From assembly GCF_009914755.1 (NCBI RefSeq), contig NC_060932.1: a stretch of DNA of 64,000 bases, one strand, 5' to 3'. The DNA comes from the human T2T-CHM13v2.0 reference genome, Homo sapiens. The notes beneath the pieces are model-generated. The model was given only the letters and a program-made list of their open reading frames with translations, was not told where the DNA came from and did no database searches. Positions 13,853-29,342 of this stretch are shown here, in pieces. A program made the translations under genes and the position numbers. Positions within the stretch are counted from its first letter, which is position 1. Every line of letters begins with the position of its first letter.

Positions 13853-15157
13853 GCCGGGGGAGCAGGTTTTAGCTGTAACTCTAACAGCATCTACTGAGAA
13901 ATCATGGAGCAGCCTGATACCTTTTCATCCCCCTGAAGTGCCCTAGGTATGGAAAACAGAGCCCATAATGGTGAGCAGGCATCAAAATGAGAGCACTCCG
14001 CACCCCAGCGTTTTGCTTTGGAGGTGCCCCGCTGATTGTTGCAGGCTGTTTCGTGAGGATCAATGAGCGGCTGGGAGTAAACGTCTTCCATACTGGGTCA
14101 GGTCACCACCCTAAAGCCCTACAAAGTCGTTGACCCCCATAATTCAGGAACATTGCTTGTCATCCCGGGACCCACCGCAAGGCCGAGCGGAGAGGAAGAC
14201 AGAACCCTCGCGTGGTCCACGGCAGAACACGAGTGGCACCTGCCGGCTTGGGGAGCTCAACAAAAGGCTTGTCAGACAGAATTACTGTTCACCAACTATT
14301 CAATAATGCTTCTAGTGTGTGATTTATAGGAGATCATTACTCTTTGTAACCAAATGGAAAGGTTCAATTTTCAGGTCCCATTTCTTGTTTTTTTCTCTCC
14401 CCTAGGAAATCTTAGAAGTAGCTCTTCTAGGATTTCATTAAAATGTCTTCTTCATTATAAAGAAAAATGGTTTTTGTAGTTACTCTTCTCAAGTTTAATT
14501 TTGCTGGAGGCAGAGCTGGCCAACACTCCTTTTGAATAAGGAAATATGAGGAGCCCAGGGCATCCTTCAAAAGAGGGCATCACTGTTCTGTTGGGATTAT
14601 AGGGCGTACAGTAACCAGTGTCTGAAGAACAAGACAGTGAGCCCGTTCACTCTGTGAAACTCAAGACCTGCTTTGACTCCCACCGACTTCATGAGCAAAG
14701 GTGCTTTCATGGATGCGTGGCTCGTCCTGGTACATCTCTTAGCTTTTAGTTCCATTTCTGTACGTTTTTGAAGTGTCATCTGAATGATATTTTTTAATCC
14801 CTCTGAAGTCTTATTTACACATACATCTACGTGAGAGAGCAATACAATCCTAATAATAATCCTGCAGCACATTCTCGGCTGCATCACAAAGTAAATCTAT
14901 TCCCATCGCGCCTGTGACTTCCTTTCTTCCCCTCTACACTCCAAGGGCGTCACCTGTTCCTTCCTGTTTTTTATAGTTCGGCTGAGCGCAGCGTGGGTAT
15001 TTTGAGCTGAGTCAAACTGATTTCCGCTGACACCAGCTTGGGTATTTTCATCACACACCTCCTCATGGTTCCCCCCTCAGTTCCCAGGGCAAATGTTAGT
15101 GCTGTCCCCATCGGTGACATTCCTCAGAAGCCAGTCTCTCCCCCTCTCCTGGAGCCG

Positions 15158-15470
15158 GACCCACCCGTGATGGCTGACTGCTGTTGGCCAACCCACCAGC
15201 CCGTTATGCAGACCCACCCTTGATGGCTGAGTGCTGTCAGCCACCCACTAGCCCGTTCTGCAGACCCACCCTTGATGGCCGAGTGCTGTCGGCCACCCAC
15301 CAGCCCCTTCTGCAGACCCACCCGTGATGGCTGAGTGCTGTCGGCCACCCACCAGCCCCTTCTGCAGACCCACCCGTGATGGCCGAGTGCTGTCGGCCAA
15401 CCCACCAGCCCCTTCTGCAGACCCACCCGTGATGGCTGAGTGCTGTCAGCCACCCACCAGCCTGTTCTGC
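15158..15470. repeat. Minisatellite, 52/53-bp unit x6
   Basis: gacccacccgtgatggctgagtgctgtcggccacccaccagccccttctgca repeated. Confidence 0.95.
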
Positions 15471-17016
15471 CAAGTCAGACGGACATTGTGATCTGTATGC
15501 TTTGTGTGACCCTCCAGGAACCTAAACACCTGTGAAGACAGGTTTATTCTCAGGTCATTCCTTCAGAGCAAAGCCTCCACCGCAGACACAATTAATCACG
15601 TCACTGCCGCAGGCACTGCACACATAGCCTTTTATCTCAAGAGGGCTTGACCCACCTGCTGGGAATGTCACCAGCTGGCTGTCAGATGGGAGAGGAAGTT
15701 GCGGGGGTGGATGCGCACCTGTCCAGGATGAGAGATCCCACCCACCCTCTTTGCCTAGGTCAGGTCTCAGATGACGGCTGGAAGGTACTGGACCATAACA
15801 CAGGGTACTGGACAGACATGGAGTGTCCCAGGCCATGTTGGTGGCAGGGCTGTGGAAGGCCAGCTGGACAGGCTGCCTCCCCACCCTCCGGCTCTGTCCT
15901 TTCCTTCTGAAACCAGCCTCTCTCCCCACCCCTGTGAATCTCCGCTTTGCCTGTCCCTGCTGGGCCGATTCAAGTTCACTGTCTCCATTTGGCCTTAACT
16001 TTGAGGAACCTTGCTCTTTTATTGAAATTCTGGCTCAGAAACGCAGCTGCACAGCCTGAGAGCCGGCAGCCCGGTGGTCATCTTCAGAGCCTGTCTACTG
16101 TGGTTCCTAATTCCTCACAGCTCACCTGTCTGTGGCCATGATAAACAGCCTCCTTCTGCCCATCTGCACCCAGGAATGTGCATCCAAAGTAGCTCGCTTA
16201 TTTACTTCCCTGACATTTATTTTCTCATGTTTAAACATATGGATTATTATCGGTTCATAGACTCAGAGCCCACAAGAAACCAGATTATGTGGCCTAGAAT
16301 AATTGAAAGGTGAGAAAGAAAAAAAAAAAGGTGCCTAATGAAATGATAGTCCCAACCATGGAATGAATAGACCTGATTCCAGATGCCGGTGTCGGGATGG
16401 CAGAGTGACCCTGAGTCATTTTGCCCCAGGCAGAGCACCTGTCAGTCTGGTGGAAAATGCATTTTCAGTGGTGGGAGGCAGGGGATTATCTGCTGGTTTA
16501 GCGCTGCCTGTCACTCTCTGTTCGTAGGGTTTAATTTACTTTCATTCCCCCTACGTAAGGGGTAAATGTGACCTTCAGAAATCACAGCATTTCTTTTCCC
16601 CATTTGCCGTCTTGCTCATGGGAACTTAACTGCTGCTAATTAATGAAATGCCCTCTGTTTTTTAAATCTGGGTGTCTGTCCACTCTCTTCCATTCATCTT
16701 ACCCATGAGCCTGTAGCCATCTTTGTTTACTCCTCCTTCAGACTGGGACACTGGTGGCTTTCTCTGAACTGTCTGGGGTATGGGTGCCAGCCCTCCTTCC
16801 CTTTCCTTCAGGAATTTGCAGCCAGGAGGACACATACAGGCATGAAGGAACATGAGCACCCCTCAGCTCATGTGAGACGTGGTGTGTGTAGACATAGCAT
16901 ATTTTCTCAGAGTTTCCATGACATTTTCAGGAGCTCCTCGCGGTGTGAAGAGCATGCTTTCAGCCCTGGCTTTCCTCAGGTGGCCAACAGCATCCGTGAT
17001 TCTGGCCACTCTTGCT

Positions 17017-17260
17017 CCACAAGGCCCTCCTTTCTCTATTCCTCTCTCCATCGACACCATAGATGCCCAGGGCAATGGTCAAACCAACAGAATAGATCTG
17101 GTCCGGGACGCGGCACCTGGATGGCAGCCACCCCCACCCCACAAGGCCCTCCTTTCTCTATTCCTCTCTCCATTGACACCGGAGATGCCCAGGGCAATGG
17201 TCAAACCAATGGAATAGACCTGGTCCGGGACATGGCATTTGGATGGCAGCCACCCCCACC
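17017..17260. repeat. Tandem duplication, ~122-bp unit x2
   Basis: acaaggccctcctttctctattcctctctcc at 17019 and 17141. Confidence 0.9.
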
Positions 17261-18489
17261 CACCAGTCGGCTCCTCAGTATGAGAGGTGCATGTTGCTGG
17301 GAATGCCGGAAGGCTTGTGAATGGAGGGTCATTATTCTAGCCCCCTCCTTGATGAAGATCAGTCATTAGCCAGGTACAAAGGAACAAGAAAGTAGCTTGG
17401 AATGAGTCACGAAGCTGGAGGTTGAGGGAGATGACGGCGCATCCTGGAGACTGAAGGTCAGGCTGCAGCGTTAGCCACATGCAACTTACAGAAAATAACC
17501 TCTGGGAACATGTTAATTTATTAGCATTTCACAAATGATGCTGAAACAATCGAAAGGAGCACCTGCTTCCAGTTGCATAGCACCAGCTGAGAGCACAAAG
17601 GCCTCTGAGGGTGGAGCAGGGTGAGCCCAGGCAGGGGGGCAACGCTGGGACAGCAGCCAGCAGGCCAGTGTTTCTTCAGCGGCCTTGAAAGGAGAGAGGC
17701 TGTGAGTCTGGAGTCAGTCAGGTCTAACACGATGCTCCTTTTCAAAAACTGCAGGACTTCCTGACCTTTACTCCGCTGCCAAACCAGGCGGGGATTGGGG
17801 GCGGTGGGGACAGAATAAGATGCTGGGCGCAGGGATGATTAGCCGCCTCTCAAGCTTTCATCCCTCAGGCACTCTGGGGACGAAAGTGACCTCTGTTTGT
17901 TTTTGCATAGGAAGCATTGTCCTGGGAAGCTGGCAGGATTTACTGCCAAGGTGAGAAAACACAGCGGCACATTTAGCCACTAATTAATTGCAAATGGACA
18001 TCTGAAAATTGGATCCATCCTGAAAGGGGGTGGGGAAAGTGGTGTTTACTTGATGGAGGACCTAATTCATAAGCAGAGGGGAAGGCTGTGCGTTTCATTT
18101 CCCCTGCTTATCGATTCTTGAAAGCAATAAATGGTAGAGTTTGCTCTTTCATTTCGGTGAGTCATTCATTTCTGTGTCCTTTATCATTCCTATTATGCAA
18201 AGGGGTTGGCCAACCGTAAGATGAAGAAAATAGTTGATTTCAAGGTAGTCTTTTCCTTGTGCCTCATCAGAAGCCCCCTGCGGTCCAAGCTGGCTGTTAA
18301 TTTTTGGTGTCTCTGCGTTGCGATAAAGTAATATGAATAGCCAACAGAATTTTGGCCTGGAAGACTTTGTTGGGATGGAAAATGTGAATGCTATGATTAT
18401 TTACCCCGGTGGGATTCATTGTGAAAGTATCTCAGCTGCGTATGTAAATTGGGTAGTGCTGGCGTGACTTTTGTTTTTCATGAGAGCTC

Positions 18490-18682
18490 CAGTCCCTGTG
18501 ATAAATGTTTTACATAGATTAGTCCTCACCAGCCCCTGTAAGACAGGTGCAATTAGTATCTCTCTTGCAGAGAGAGGCACGGATGCCAAGGGTTGGCAGT
18601 GAGTCCCAGGGACGCCCCGCGCAGTGCAGAGCCGAACCCCGGCTGTCTGGCTACAGGCAGAGAGCCTTTAACCACCACTGTA
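18490..18682 (-). mobile_element. MIR fragment
   Basis: Diverged MIR-like core (cctcaccagcccctgtaagacagg...ctgtctggctac...tttaaccaccactg). Confidence 0.5.
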
Positions 18683-19070
18683 CCGAACATCCCCCCTCCG
18701 CCTGCTGAGCTTTTCAGAACACAGGAAACGTGGGGCTAGATGTAGGTTTTCAGTCTCCAAAAGCCGGGTCTTGTTTTTATGTCTCTTTGGAGTCCACATG
18801 TGATTTAAATGGATTTGTCTCCAGATTGTCTTGGAAGAGGAAGAGGATGGGTGATGGGGGCATCTCAGTGCTGACTCTGTCTTTCTTCCTAATACTCAGG
18901 GTCATGTTTCACTGGCAGAAGCTCTCTGCACCCATGGCAGGGCACGTTCCCACACACATATTTTGCTTAAACCCAGAAATACAGCATTGAAGCAAACGCA
19001 CGGCTGGCTGAGCCCTGACCTGGCCTAGTCCATCACTCATCAGTGATTTGCCAAATAAAGAGTTATGTTA

Positions 19071-19719
<649 letters not shown>

Positions 19720-19966
19720 TCAAAAATGAAAGAAGGTTGAAGGAGGCATTTTTAAAACCTCCTGGAGCCTAGTTTTACGTTTTCCTACATGATCCATGTA
19801 CAAGGCCATTAAAACAAACAAAATAGTGTGATAACTGATGAGCGTGACCGTTCAGAGACCAGCCTGGAGGTGGAGATAGAAAGATTTACACTTTTCTTTC
19901 CAATGGCAAAGCCTTTTCCAGAAAAATCTTAAGAGGAAGGGTCAAAGTGAGATGATACTTTATTGG

Positions 19967-20309
<343 letters not shown>

Positions 20310-21099
20310 TAAGACATGAGACTCCCAGAAGGGGAATTTAAAAAATCTCTGACTCCTTGGCTGGCCCAGAAAACTAAACTCATGTCAGGGCACCCAGTGG
20401 GTTGATCATGTCTCAGGCTCAAGCTTCCAGCCCGACCCGATTATCCTTCTGATGCCAGGGTCCCCCCGTGGAGAAGGGCCAGGTAGGAGGGGCCCCAATG
20501 ACTGCTCTCAGCCCTCCTGTGGAACCAGGTCTGTGTTCCTCGGGGGAAAGTTGGTGATGTCTTCACAGCAGGGCTGGAAAATCACCATGCTCACAAGAAA
20601 TGAAAGCATCCAAGTGGCTGTGTGACATCTGTCACCCCGTGTCATGCTCACATGACGGTCTGGGAGGAATCACACAGTTATGTCAAATGTGATGTGCTTG
20701 AGAACGTGTGGGTTTTAAGGATATTTTGAGATTCAGAACACTTGCTTTTCAAGTCACTGTTTCTCTTTTAAAAGAAACGTGGAAAGCCGTTTGATCTGCT
20801 TCTTGATAGCTGGGCAGGACAGCACCGTGGTCAACGCTGCACGAGGCTTGCCTTCCTCAGAGTTCTAATCTCCACCCTCTGTCTGTTGTGGTCAGTTCAT
20901 GTGTCTTTACACTAGAAACATAGCCTAGCATTTGCTGAAAATCATTGCATTTCTTTTTAAAGAATGTATTAAAAATAATCACAGAATGTATGGAACGTCT
21001 GCTCTGAGTAATTTATATGCATTTTTAATTTTTTACACGGTAGTCCTGCAGAGGACCTTGTAGTTAACAAAAAAGGCTCAACAAGCCCAGCTCACTGGC

Positions 21100-21900
21100 A
21101 TGGCTCGCTCTCGTGGGCCACGGGGTGGGCGGCTTGCTCGGCTGGCTTCTCCCGCCCCCTCCCCACGGTTTCCGGGAGTCCCTGCGCGGTGGTTCCCACG
21201 GCCGCCCCGGCCAGCCTCACCTGACCTGGGATGCGCTTCCTTCCACAGCTGTAGCCCTCGGCGTCTCCCCGCCCCAAACACAGAGTAGGAGCTGCAGGCA
21301 GCCGTGCGTGGATGTGGGGATGGGCGTGGGACCCTCGTTCGGGGCATCAGGCTGGACCAGAAGAGGAGGGAGACGCAGGAAGAGATGACAAAGAGAGAAA
21401 GAAGCAAAGACACGAGCGAGGACAGGGACCCAGGAGAAGAGGGCGGATGGTCTTGGAGCATTTAGCCCTCCCACAGCCCGGCCATCCTCACGTCCCGTGC
21501 TCGGGCCCTGGCGCACCTGTTCTTCCCTCCGGCACTGCCTCCTCCTTGGAGCTGGCTTGAGTGAGCCTCCGGCGCGCGCGGCCGGAGAGGCGCAAGGGAG
21601 CCCCGCGGCAGCCTGGGAGATAAACCACGCTCGGTGCCGGCAGGAAGGGCAGCGGTGCACCGAGCTGCTGCTGGGCGTTTGCAGGGAGTGATCTGTGGCT
21701 GATGAGAGGCCCTGAGGGGTCCAGGGAGTCCGTACTTTGTGGGGAAACTCAGAAGGTTTTCATGAGGAAGTGACCCAGCCCAGGCTTTAAAATGCGTCCC
21801 TCTAGACTCTGCCCCACGCGTGAGGAAGTGAGCGTGGCGGGCAGAGACTGGGCTGGACGTGCGTGAGGCCGCGGTGTGTTTCCAGAGTCTCCAGGCGCCA
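21100..21900. promoter_or_regulatory. Intragenic CpG-rich region (candidate CpG island)
   Basis: Visibly dense CpG, e.g. ccggcgcgcgcggccgg at ~21569; not repeat-derived as far as I can tell. Observed/expected ratio not computed. Confidence 0.55.
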
Positions 21901-21943
21901 CGTGGAGATGAGCACACCTGCTGTTGGCTTGACGGACCCAGAA

Positions 21944-22335
21944 GCTGAACTGCTGTGTAAGAGGCTCAGGGAGCAGGACCTGAGGGCGTCTCCACAGGGC
22001 AGGGAGGCAGGCGCAGAACGTGAGGACAAGGGAAGGCTGAACTGCTGTGCAAGAGGCTCAGGAAGCAGGACCTGAGGGCGTCTACACAGAGCAGGGAGGC
22101 AGGCGCAGAACGTGAGGACAAGGGAAGGCTGAACTGCTGTGCAGGAGGCTCAGGGAGCAGGACCTGAGGGCGTCTACACAGAGCAGGGAGGCAGGTGCAG
22201 GAGGTGGGGACCAGGGAGGCAGGTGCAGGAGGTGGGGACCAGGGAGGCAGGTGCAGGACGTGGGGACCAGGAAGGCAGGTGCAGAATGTGGGGACCAGGG
22301 AGGCATGTGCAGGACATGGGGACCAGGGAGGCAGG
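21944..22335. repeat. Compound minisatellite: 92-bp unit x~2.7 running into a 28-bp unit x~5
   Basis: gctgaactgctgtg at 21944, 22036 and 22128, then cagggaggcaggtgcaggaggtggggac repeats. Confidence 0.9.
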
Positions 22336-24282
22336 CAGGGCTGCCAGGAGCAGCCACAGACCACAGGGCTTTTGTAAGGGTCTGGGAGCTGTGGTTTGCT
22401 CACAATTGTTCATTGATTAGTGCCTGTTAGTTTCAAACATAGCAACACAATATAGTAATGAGAATGAAACTCCTTTTAAAAAGAGTCTTAAAAAGGTGGG
22501 CAACAGTGTTCTTGCCCATGGGTTTAGCGTGATATGGAAACTGGGATGTTTTGCCCCATTTCAAACACTGTTCTAGGAAGAGGACCACAGCAGTCCATGT
22601 GGAGGCAGCTGGAAGGAAGAAAGACAAAGCCGGCTTCCTTCCTGGGAGCCAGCGTGGGCTGAGGAGCTGGTGAGGTGCCAGAGAGCAGCCAGGGCAGGCC
22701 CTCCAGGTGCCAAGGCCACAGCCTCCTGGGCTCTGAGCTCCATGAGCTTCTGAATGAACAGTGAGCTGGCTCAGCCACAGCTCTCAGCTTTGCAGGGCTT
22801 CTTGTCAGCAGTCAGACCCGTATCACTGCCTGGTCCAACAGAGTCAATGGCCTTGATTTCCAGAATTCATCATTTCTGATTTAAAAAAGAAAACATCCAT
22901 GATTATTTTAAGACACGGACATGAGTTCCTTAGATCCTCATTGCGCAGGGACACTTCAAAAGAAAAAGGGAAATTGGAAACCTTCTGGCTTAGGCCTGCG
23001 ACTGGACGGCTCTGCCCCAGAGCGGTGCCCGCCGACCCAGGGTCCTCCATGGTCTGTGATGTTTTGATCACGACGGCTGAGGCCTTTGGTGAGAGCCCAG
23101 AACAGCCATCCAGACACTCGAAGGAGGTTCACGCTGATTCAGAGTCATCAGGGTAAAACCAATTCAGACCCAACTTACAAGCTGGACAGGAATTTCTGGT
23201 GAAAGTGGCTGAGGCATTTGATAGAAAGATATTCATGTTGTTAGTCCGTAAACTCTTATGGGAGATCCATGAAAAATTAAACCAACCATAGTTGGGCATC
23301 ATATCTGAGGGACAGAGGTGGCAGCAGAGCCTTCTGTGGCTTCTGAGATGGCTTCATGTCCTCCCACCCTGAGTCATCGGCTGTATCACAATATTTCCTG
23401 GCAGCAGAGAGCAGACCTGGTCTCTCAGCCTTTCAGCCCCCTCCCCTTCCTGCTCTGCCGTCTCCTTTGCTGTCTGCCCCCTAGGACCTTCATTTTGCCA
23501 CAGTGGCTGCAATGTCAATAAGAAGGCATTATCTTAAATTCCGCTAATAATAACTGCAATGAGGATGAAAATTTTACATTACCATCAGGCATTGCCACGG
23601 CCTCTCTTAAAGAACTATAGAGAATGATGTGGACACTTACAAATATGCCTTGACAGGAAGTTTCAGAAACAAGCTTGGAAATTGGGACGATGTTAATGCA
23701 GCTGCCCTGTCATTTTCCATAAAATTATTTTTATCTTCCTTTCCTCTCATCTTGCCAGATAATTATGATACGCTTTTTTTGTATAATTTTGATTAGGTTG
23801 ATTAGCCAGACCCACTCTACGCTGTAAAATGCAGCTAATGAATTGCAGATTTTTTCATATCATTTTTCCACCTAGAGCATAGGCAGGACTTATCTATGAT
23901 TCAAATGCAGAAAATGTTTTTAAGAGCGTTCATGCAGATGCAGGATTCAAGGAAAACCAGTTGAGAGGCACAAGTGCCATGAGGCTTCACATAAGAAAGG
24001 AAGCAGGGAAAGCATGTATGTAAGTAATGGACTCGCTGGATGCAGATTTTTATAGCAGACGCGGTTAAGGAAATTTGGAGAGGCCGTGTGTCCCACGTTG
24101 CGTCCATGTGAAGATGGCGACGCTGGTTTATCCCCGTTCTTGGTTCACTGAAGGAGAACGCTTCAGTTCCCCCTCCCAGCTCCCACTGTGGGAAGACAGG
24201 TGTGGTCTGAAGCGCTGCCCCTACTTGACAGAGGGAGGAAAAGGGAACCTTTGAAAGGGCCCAGGGAGGTCATAGAAGGTCA

Positions 24283-24598
<316 letters not shown>

Positions 24599-27500
24599 GA
24601 AGATCAGTCATCAGCATGGTCTTCAAGATCTCTGCTCGCGTCCCGTGCTCTGCCAAGATGCTGCATGGACATGTTTCTCACCTCATCTTCAGAACCACCC
24701 TTGGCACAAACAGCATGATGACCATCCTACAGATAAGGAAACCAAGGCTTTCATTACTTGCCCCAGATCATAAGAGCCAGAGCCTGGACTTGAGCAAGTC
24801 AAGCCTGCATATTACGGCAGATGGAAAGCTGTGCAGTCTGCGTGTTCAAAGAGCATTTGCAAAAGGCAGCCAAGACAGGTGGGGCCGGAAGTCTGTTCAG
24901 AAGAATGTGAAATCTCGGCTCCTGGAGGCTGTTAGGGCTGTGTCCTCTCTGGATCTGTGTTGTTTATAAAGGACTGCCATGTGGTGGCACGTGCGAAGCC
25001 TGTCATGTTCCACAGGCTCTGAAAGTAGTTTGCCTTGGAGAGGGGAAAGACCCCCTATGGAAGGCTGTCTGCTGAGCACATTCCAATCAAAGGGGGAATT
25101 TCTCGGTTTCCTTAGGAACAGTTCAGCATCAGCGGAGATGCGGCGGCGGCTCCTGAGCCTTGCAGAGAGCCACAACACTAACAGAACTGCATTTGTCTCC
25201 TCTTGCTCTTCCAACTCTAAATAATATCTTAGCGTTTCATGCCAAATGGGATGAAATTGCCAGGGTTTTTCATTACAGAAAACATAAATTGCTGAAGGCA
25301 AATATACTGCCAGTGGAGCTGGCAACATGAGAATCATGCATTTGAGTCACAAACAAGTAGTAAAACACATGCATTTATGCAGCTGCTAATCTCAAGAAGC
25401 ACCAACAGATGGGAAAACTGGAACAGCCTCTGCCTGGAACGTTTGTCTCCACGTTCCCAATACTGCTGGGCAACCCAGGGAGACCAGCCACGTGGGGAGG
25501 TTGAAACAATATTGGGGCCCGCCAAGCTGCCACAGCCTGGCACAGTCATTTCTTGGTGAAGTTTCAGGTCAGGAGCTCTGTAACCTGTTAAAGCACAATC
25601 GATCTAGAATCCGAGGCTTTAAAAATGAATTGCAATGTAAGTGCTGTGCTAAAACCTTGTACTTATTTGGTTTTCTGCGAGTAAACTTGACATGTGATGT
25701 ATTTAAAACAAGAAGAATGATGCCTTAGGCATGATTGGTCCGTGAATAATAGGAAACCAGTTTCATCTGTCATTTTTTAACAAATGCCATTCACTGTTAT
25801 TAATACCCAGAGTGGAATAAATGAATAATGGCTAGGCCTGGGGATATAGATCAAAATTCAGTTCTATGGCTAAGTAGTACTGAAAGTGGGTATTACAGAG
25901 ATTCAGGGAAGAAAACAACCAACCACAAATCAGATTTTTGAAGTTGCTTTCATTTAGAAAATGAGAATAAAAATAGTATATTGGCTATGAAATATTCTGG
26001 TATATAGATTTATGTAATAAATTCTACCTGTAATTGATTGAGTTGATTCCATTCTGTAGGACAACTGAATGCAGGTTTAAAACAGTGCTACTGAAGTGAA
26101 GGATGTGCTTTGTAAGCTGGTTTGCCCTGTGAGGTTGTCCGTCTAACCCAGATAACACGAGTCACTCTCCCTGTACATGTGTCTGTGACTGAACTGATTT
26201 CATGGTGTAGGAATCGTCTGTTCATATGTGATTCTCCTGCCTGGCTATGAGCCCGCAGGCCAGGTCCCACCTGTGCACTGCTGCGTCCCAAGCATGCACC
26301 ACACAGCACCGATTCTCAGGTCCTCATCCTCAAGGGCTGGTCGAGTACGAGTAGTCGGTGAAGCTTCACGTCCTCACTACCTGCCAGCAGGTACGTGGTG
26401 GCCCCTTTACCCGTAACTGGGAGGACAGCGGTCACCACAGTTGCTGGAGCTGCTCTGCCACGTCCTCAGATTATCCCTCTAAACATCTTTCCCGGGACAT
26501 TCACTGTGAGGTGAAATCATACCTGTGGAAATCATTGTTGAAATGATCGCTTTGAAAGGAGTTTCCATCATCGCTGAGAGTCTTCGTTGAGGAGGGCAGA
26601 GGTGTTGAGTTCCTCAGCAGTTTCAAGCTGTGGCATATTCTTCAGGATTTCTTGACAAGCCCACTCAGGGCAGAGCCTCCGTTGAACAGCCAGGTGGGAG
26701 GCTGGGAGTCCTTCTTCCACACAGTCCTCCCCACACTGTCCTCCACACAGTCCTCCACCCCCCTGCAAACTCCCACCCGGCAGTTCACAGAGAGGCCTCA
26801 TCTCCCAAACACAGACGCCCGTCTGGGATTTGGCCACAGCAGGAGGACGCAGCGGGGTGGCTCTTCCATGGAGGCCACTGGAATCCACTCGTACTCAGTC
26901 TTGGTGAGCTTGGCAGGTCTCTTTTCCAAGCTCAGATTTTGATGCCAGAAAAGGAGTGGCTTAAAGAGAAAGAGAATTGGGAATGGGCAGTTGAGCACCC
27001 AAAAGAGGCATTGAGAGGCCAGTCGGAACGGTGCCTGGCCCACGTTTCATCTTCCCTTTATTTTTGCAAAGCCTGGTCCTAAGCAGCTCCACAGGTAGCC
27101 CGAGGTGGGCTGCAGCTGCCCAGGCCAAGAGGTGAGCAGTAAATGCTGACACGCCACACAGGAGAAAACAGGGGTTTGGAGCCAGAGAGAAATTGAGGAT
27201 GCAGGTTCTCATCCATGCTGCCACGGAGTAGTTGTGGGATTTTAATTCTACAACATCTCCAAAGCTCCTCCTCTGCACGATGGGCATGACGACGTTTTAT
27301 CTTCTGCATTCAGATGCTGTGTGTTCCCTCCTCTCAGGCAGCTGCAGTCAGTGACTATGATGTCCAGAGATCACCCCAGGCTGACTCTTGTCCTGCAGAT
27401 AGTGGGGCATGCAGGGGGCATCAAAGGGGACCTGGATTCAGGGTGGGTAAGCAAATGCAGGCATGTCATCCCCACAGCTACCATTTCAGATCTTTTTTCA

Positions 27501-28382
27501 GAAACTGATTACAGGAAGACACTGGATAGAACCCCACAGACTCAACTCGCATTCAGCTTAAATAATCCGCACTGTTACCTTCTGCACATGGTCCAACTTC
27601 TTTAAGGAAGCAAGGTGTCACCCTGTTCAGATTCTTCCTCCAGAGTTGCTTTTCTAGATGCCCAAGAAAATATGTCCTCCTCTGTGTTACCTGTGGACTG
27701 TAAAAGCCTGGGAAACAACATTCCATGCTGAAGTTTGAGCTGCTCGAGAATGCGACTAGTGTGCTTCTGATGCGTGGAGTTGGAGTTCGTGGAAAAAATG
27801 GGACCGTCAGCTCTGAGGGCAGCATGTCTTCCTCACTGTCTGTGAGTCTCCTGCAAGAGGCACCATGCGTGGATGGCACCGGTGACTGGCGGAGTGGATG
27901 AGCGAGGGACTGTTGTTCTGTGGGTGTCTTTCTAGATCGCAGTGGTGCCATTATCTGTGTGAGGGAACAGCAGTCACTCGGGGCTGACCCACGTTAGAGG
28001 AAGAAGGAAGGAAGCTGTACGTCTTTACCACCACCCTTTTCATTCCAGGCCATCTCATTCCAAAAAGGAAGACAATTCAGATACTGTCTTTTCCAAAGAC
28101 TGTTGGATGCCAAGTACTTTTTATAATGTTTTATACTTAGGCATACAGGTTGGTGGGAGAAAATTTGGAAAGCACAAAAAATTTAAAGAGAAAATAAAAC
28201 ACGGCCATAATTCCGCTCATCAGAGCCCATCGCTGTGAGCATCTTGGTTAATTGCCAGCAGACATTTTCCAAAGCAAACTCAGATCACAAACCGCATCGA
28301 GTTTGAGTATACCAATTCTCACGTAACGTTACGATGGGAATTTCAATAACACTTAGAAGCTTTCTAACATTCTACATGATAA

Positions 28383-28736
<354 letters not shown>

Positions 28737-29342
28737 TCATTTTTTTTGAAGTAAAATAAATGGGCATCACAACTTACCCTGAAGTCATTTGCACAATACC
28801 CAGAACAAGTGTCAGCAATAATTAGAGCTGTGATTGCTCCTGCCACATCGAAGCACCTTACGTGCGGGGTTGAAAAGGCGCCTGTGGAGAAGGAACAGAA
28901 GCCAATCTCAGGCATCCATCAGGTGCAGAAAATTCAGACAATACGTCAGCTAAAGAAGTTAAGAGCGTTTCAAAGTGAATATTTTTTTATGTTAAAATGC
29001 CTGAAAAAGTTCTATCCAGAAAGCATGTTGTGTGACAAAGACACTGAGAGAGGGTGATGGGAGAGTCCTGTTCTGTGTTCGTGTGGAAAGACAGTGATTC
29101 CAGAGAGGTCCACAGAGGTGGCGCAGCCCTGGGCCACAGTCGGCTCAGTAGGTAAAGGTGAAATGGGCCCTCGGTTAATCACTTTTGTTCTTCCTCCCTT
29201 ATTGGTGGCCTCAGCCCTGGCTGTGGATTGATTCACCTGTGGCACTGTCAAATGAACTGACCTGGGCCCCACACCAGAACAAATGAGCAGAATCTCTGGG
29301 CTGGGGCATGAGGCCTGTGTCCTCCTAAAAGGTCCCCAGGGT

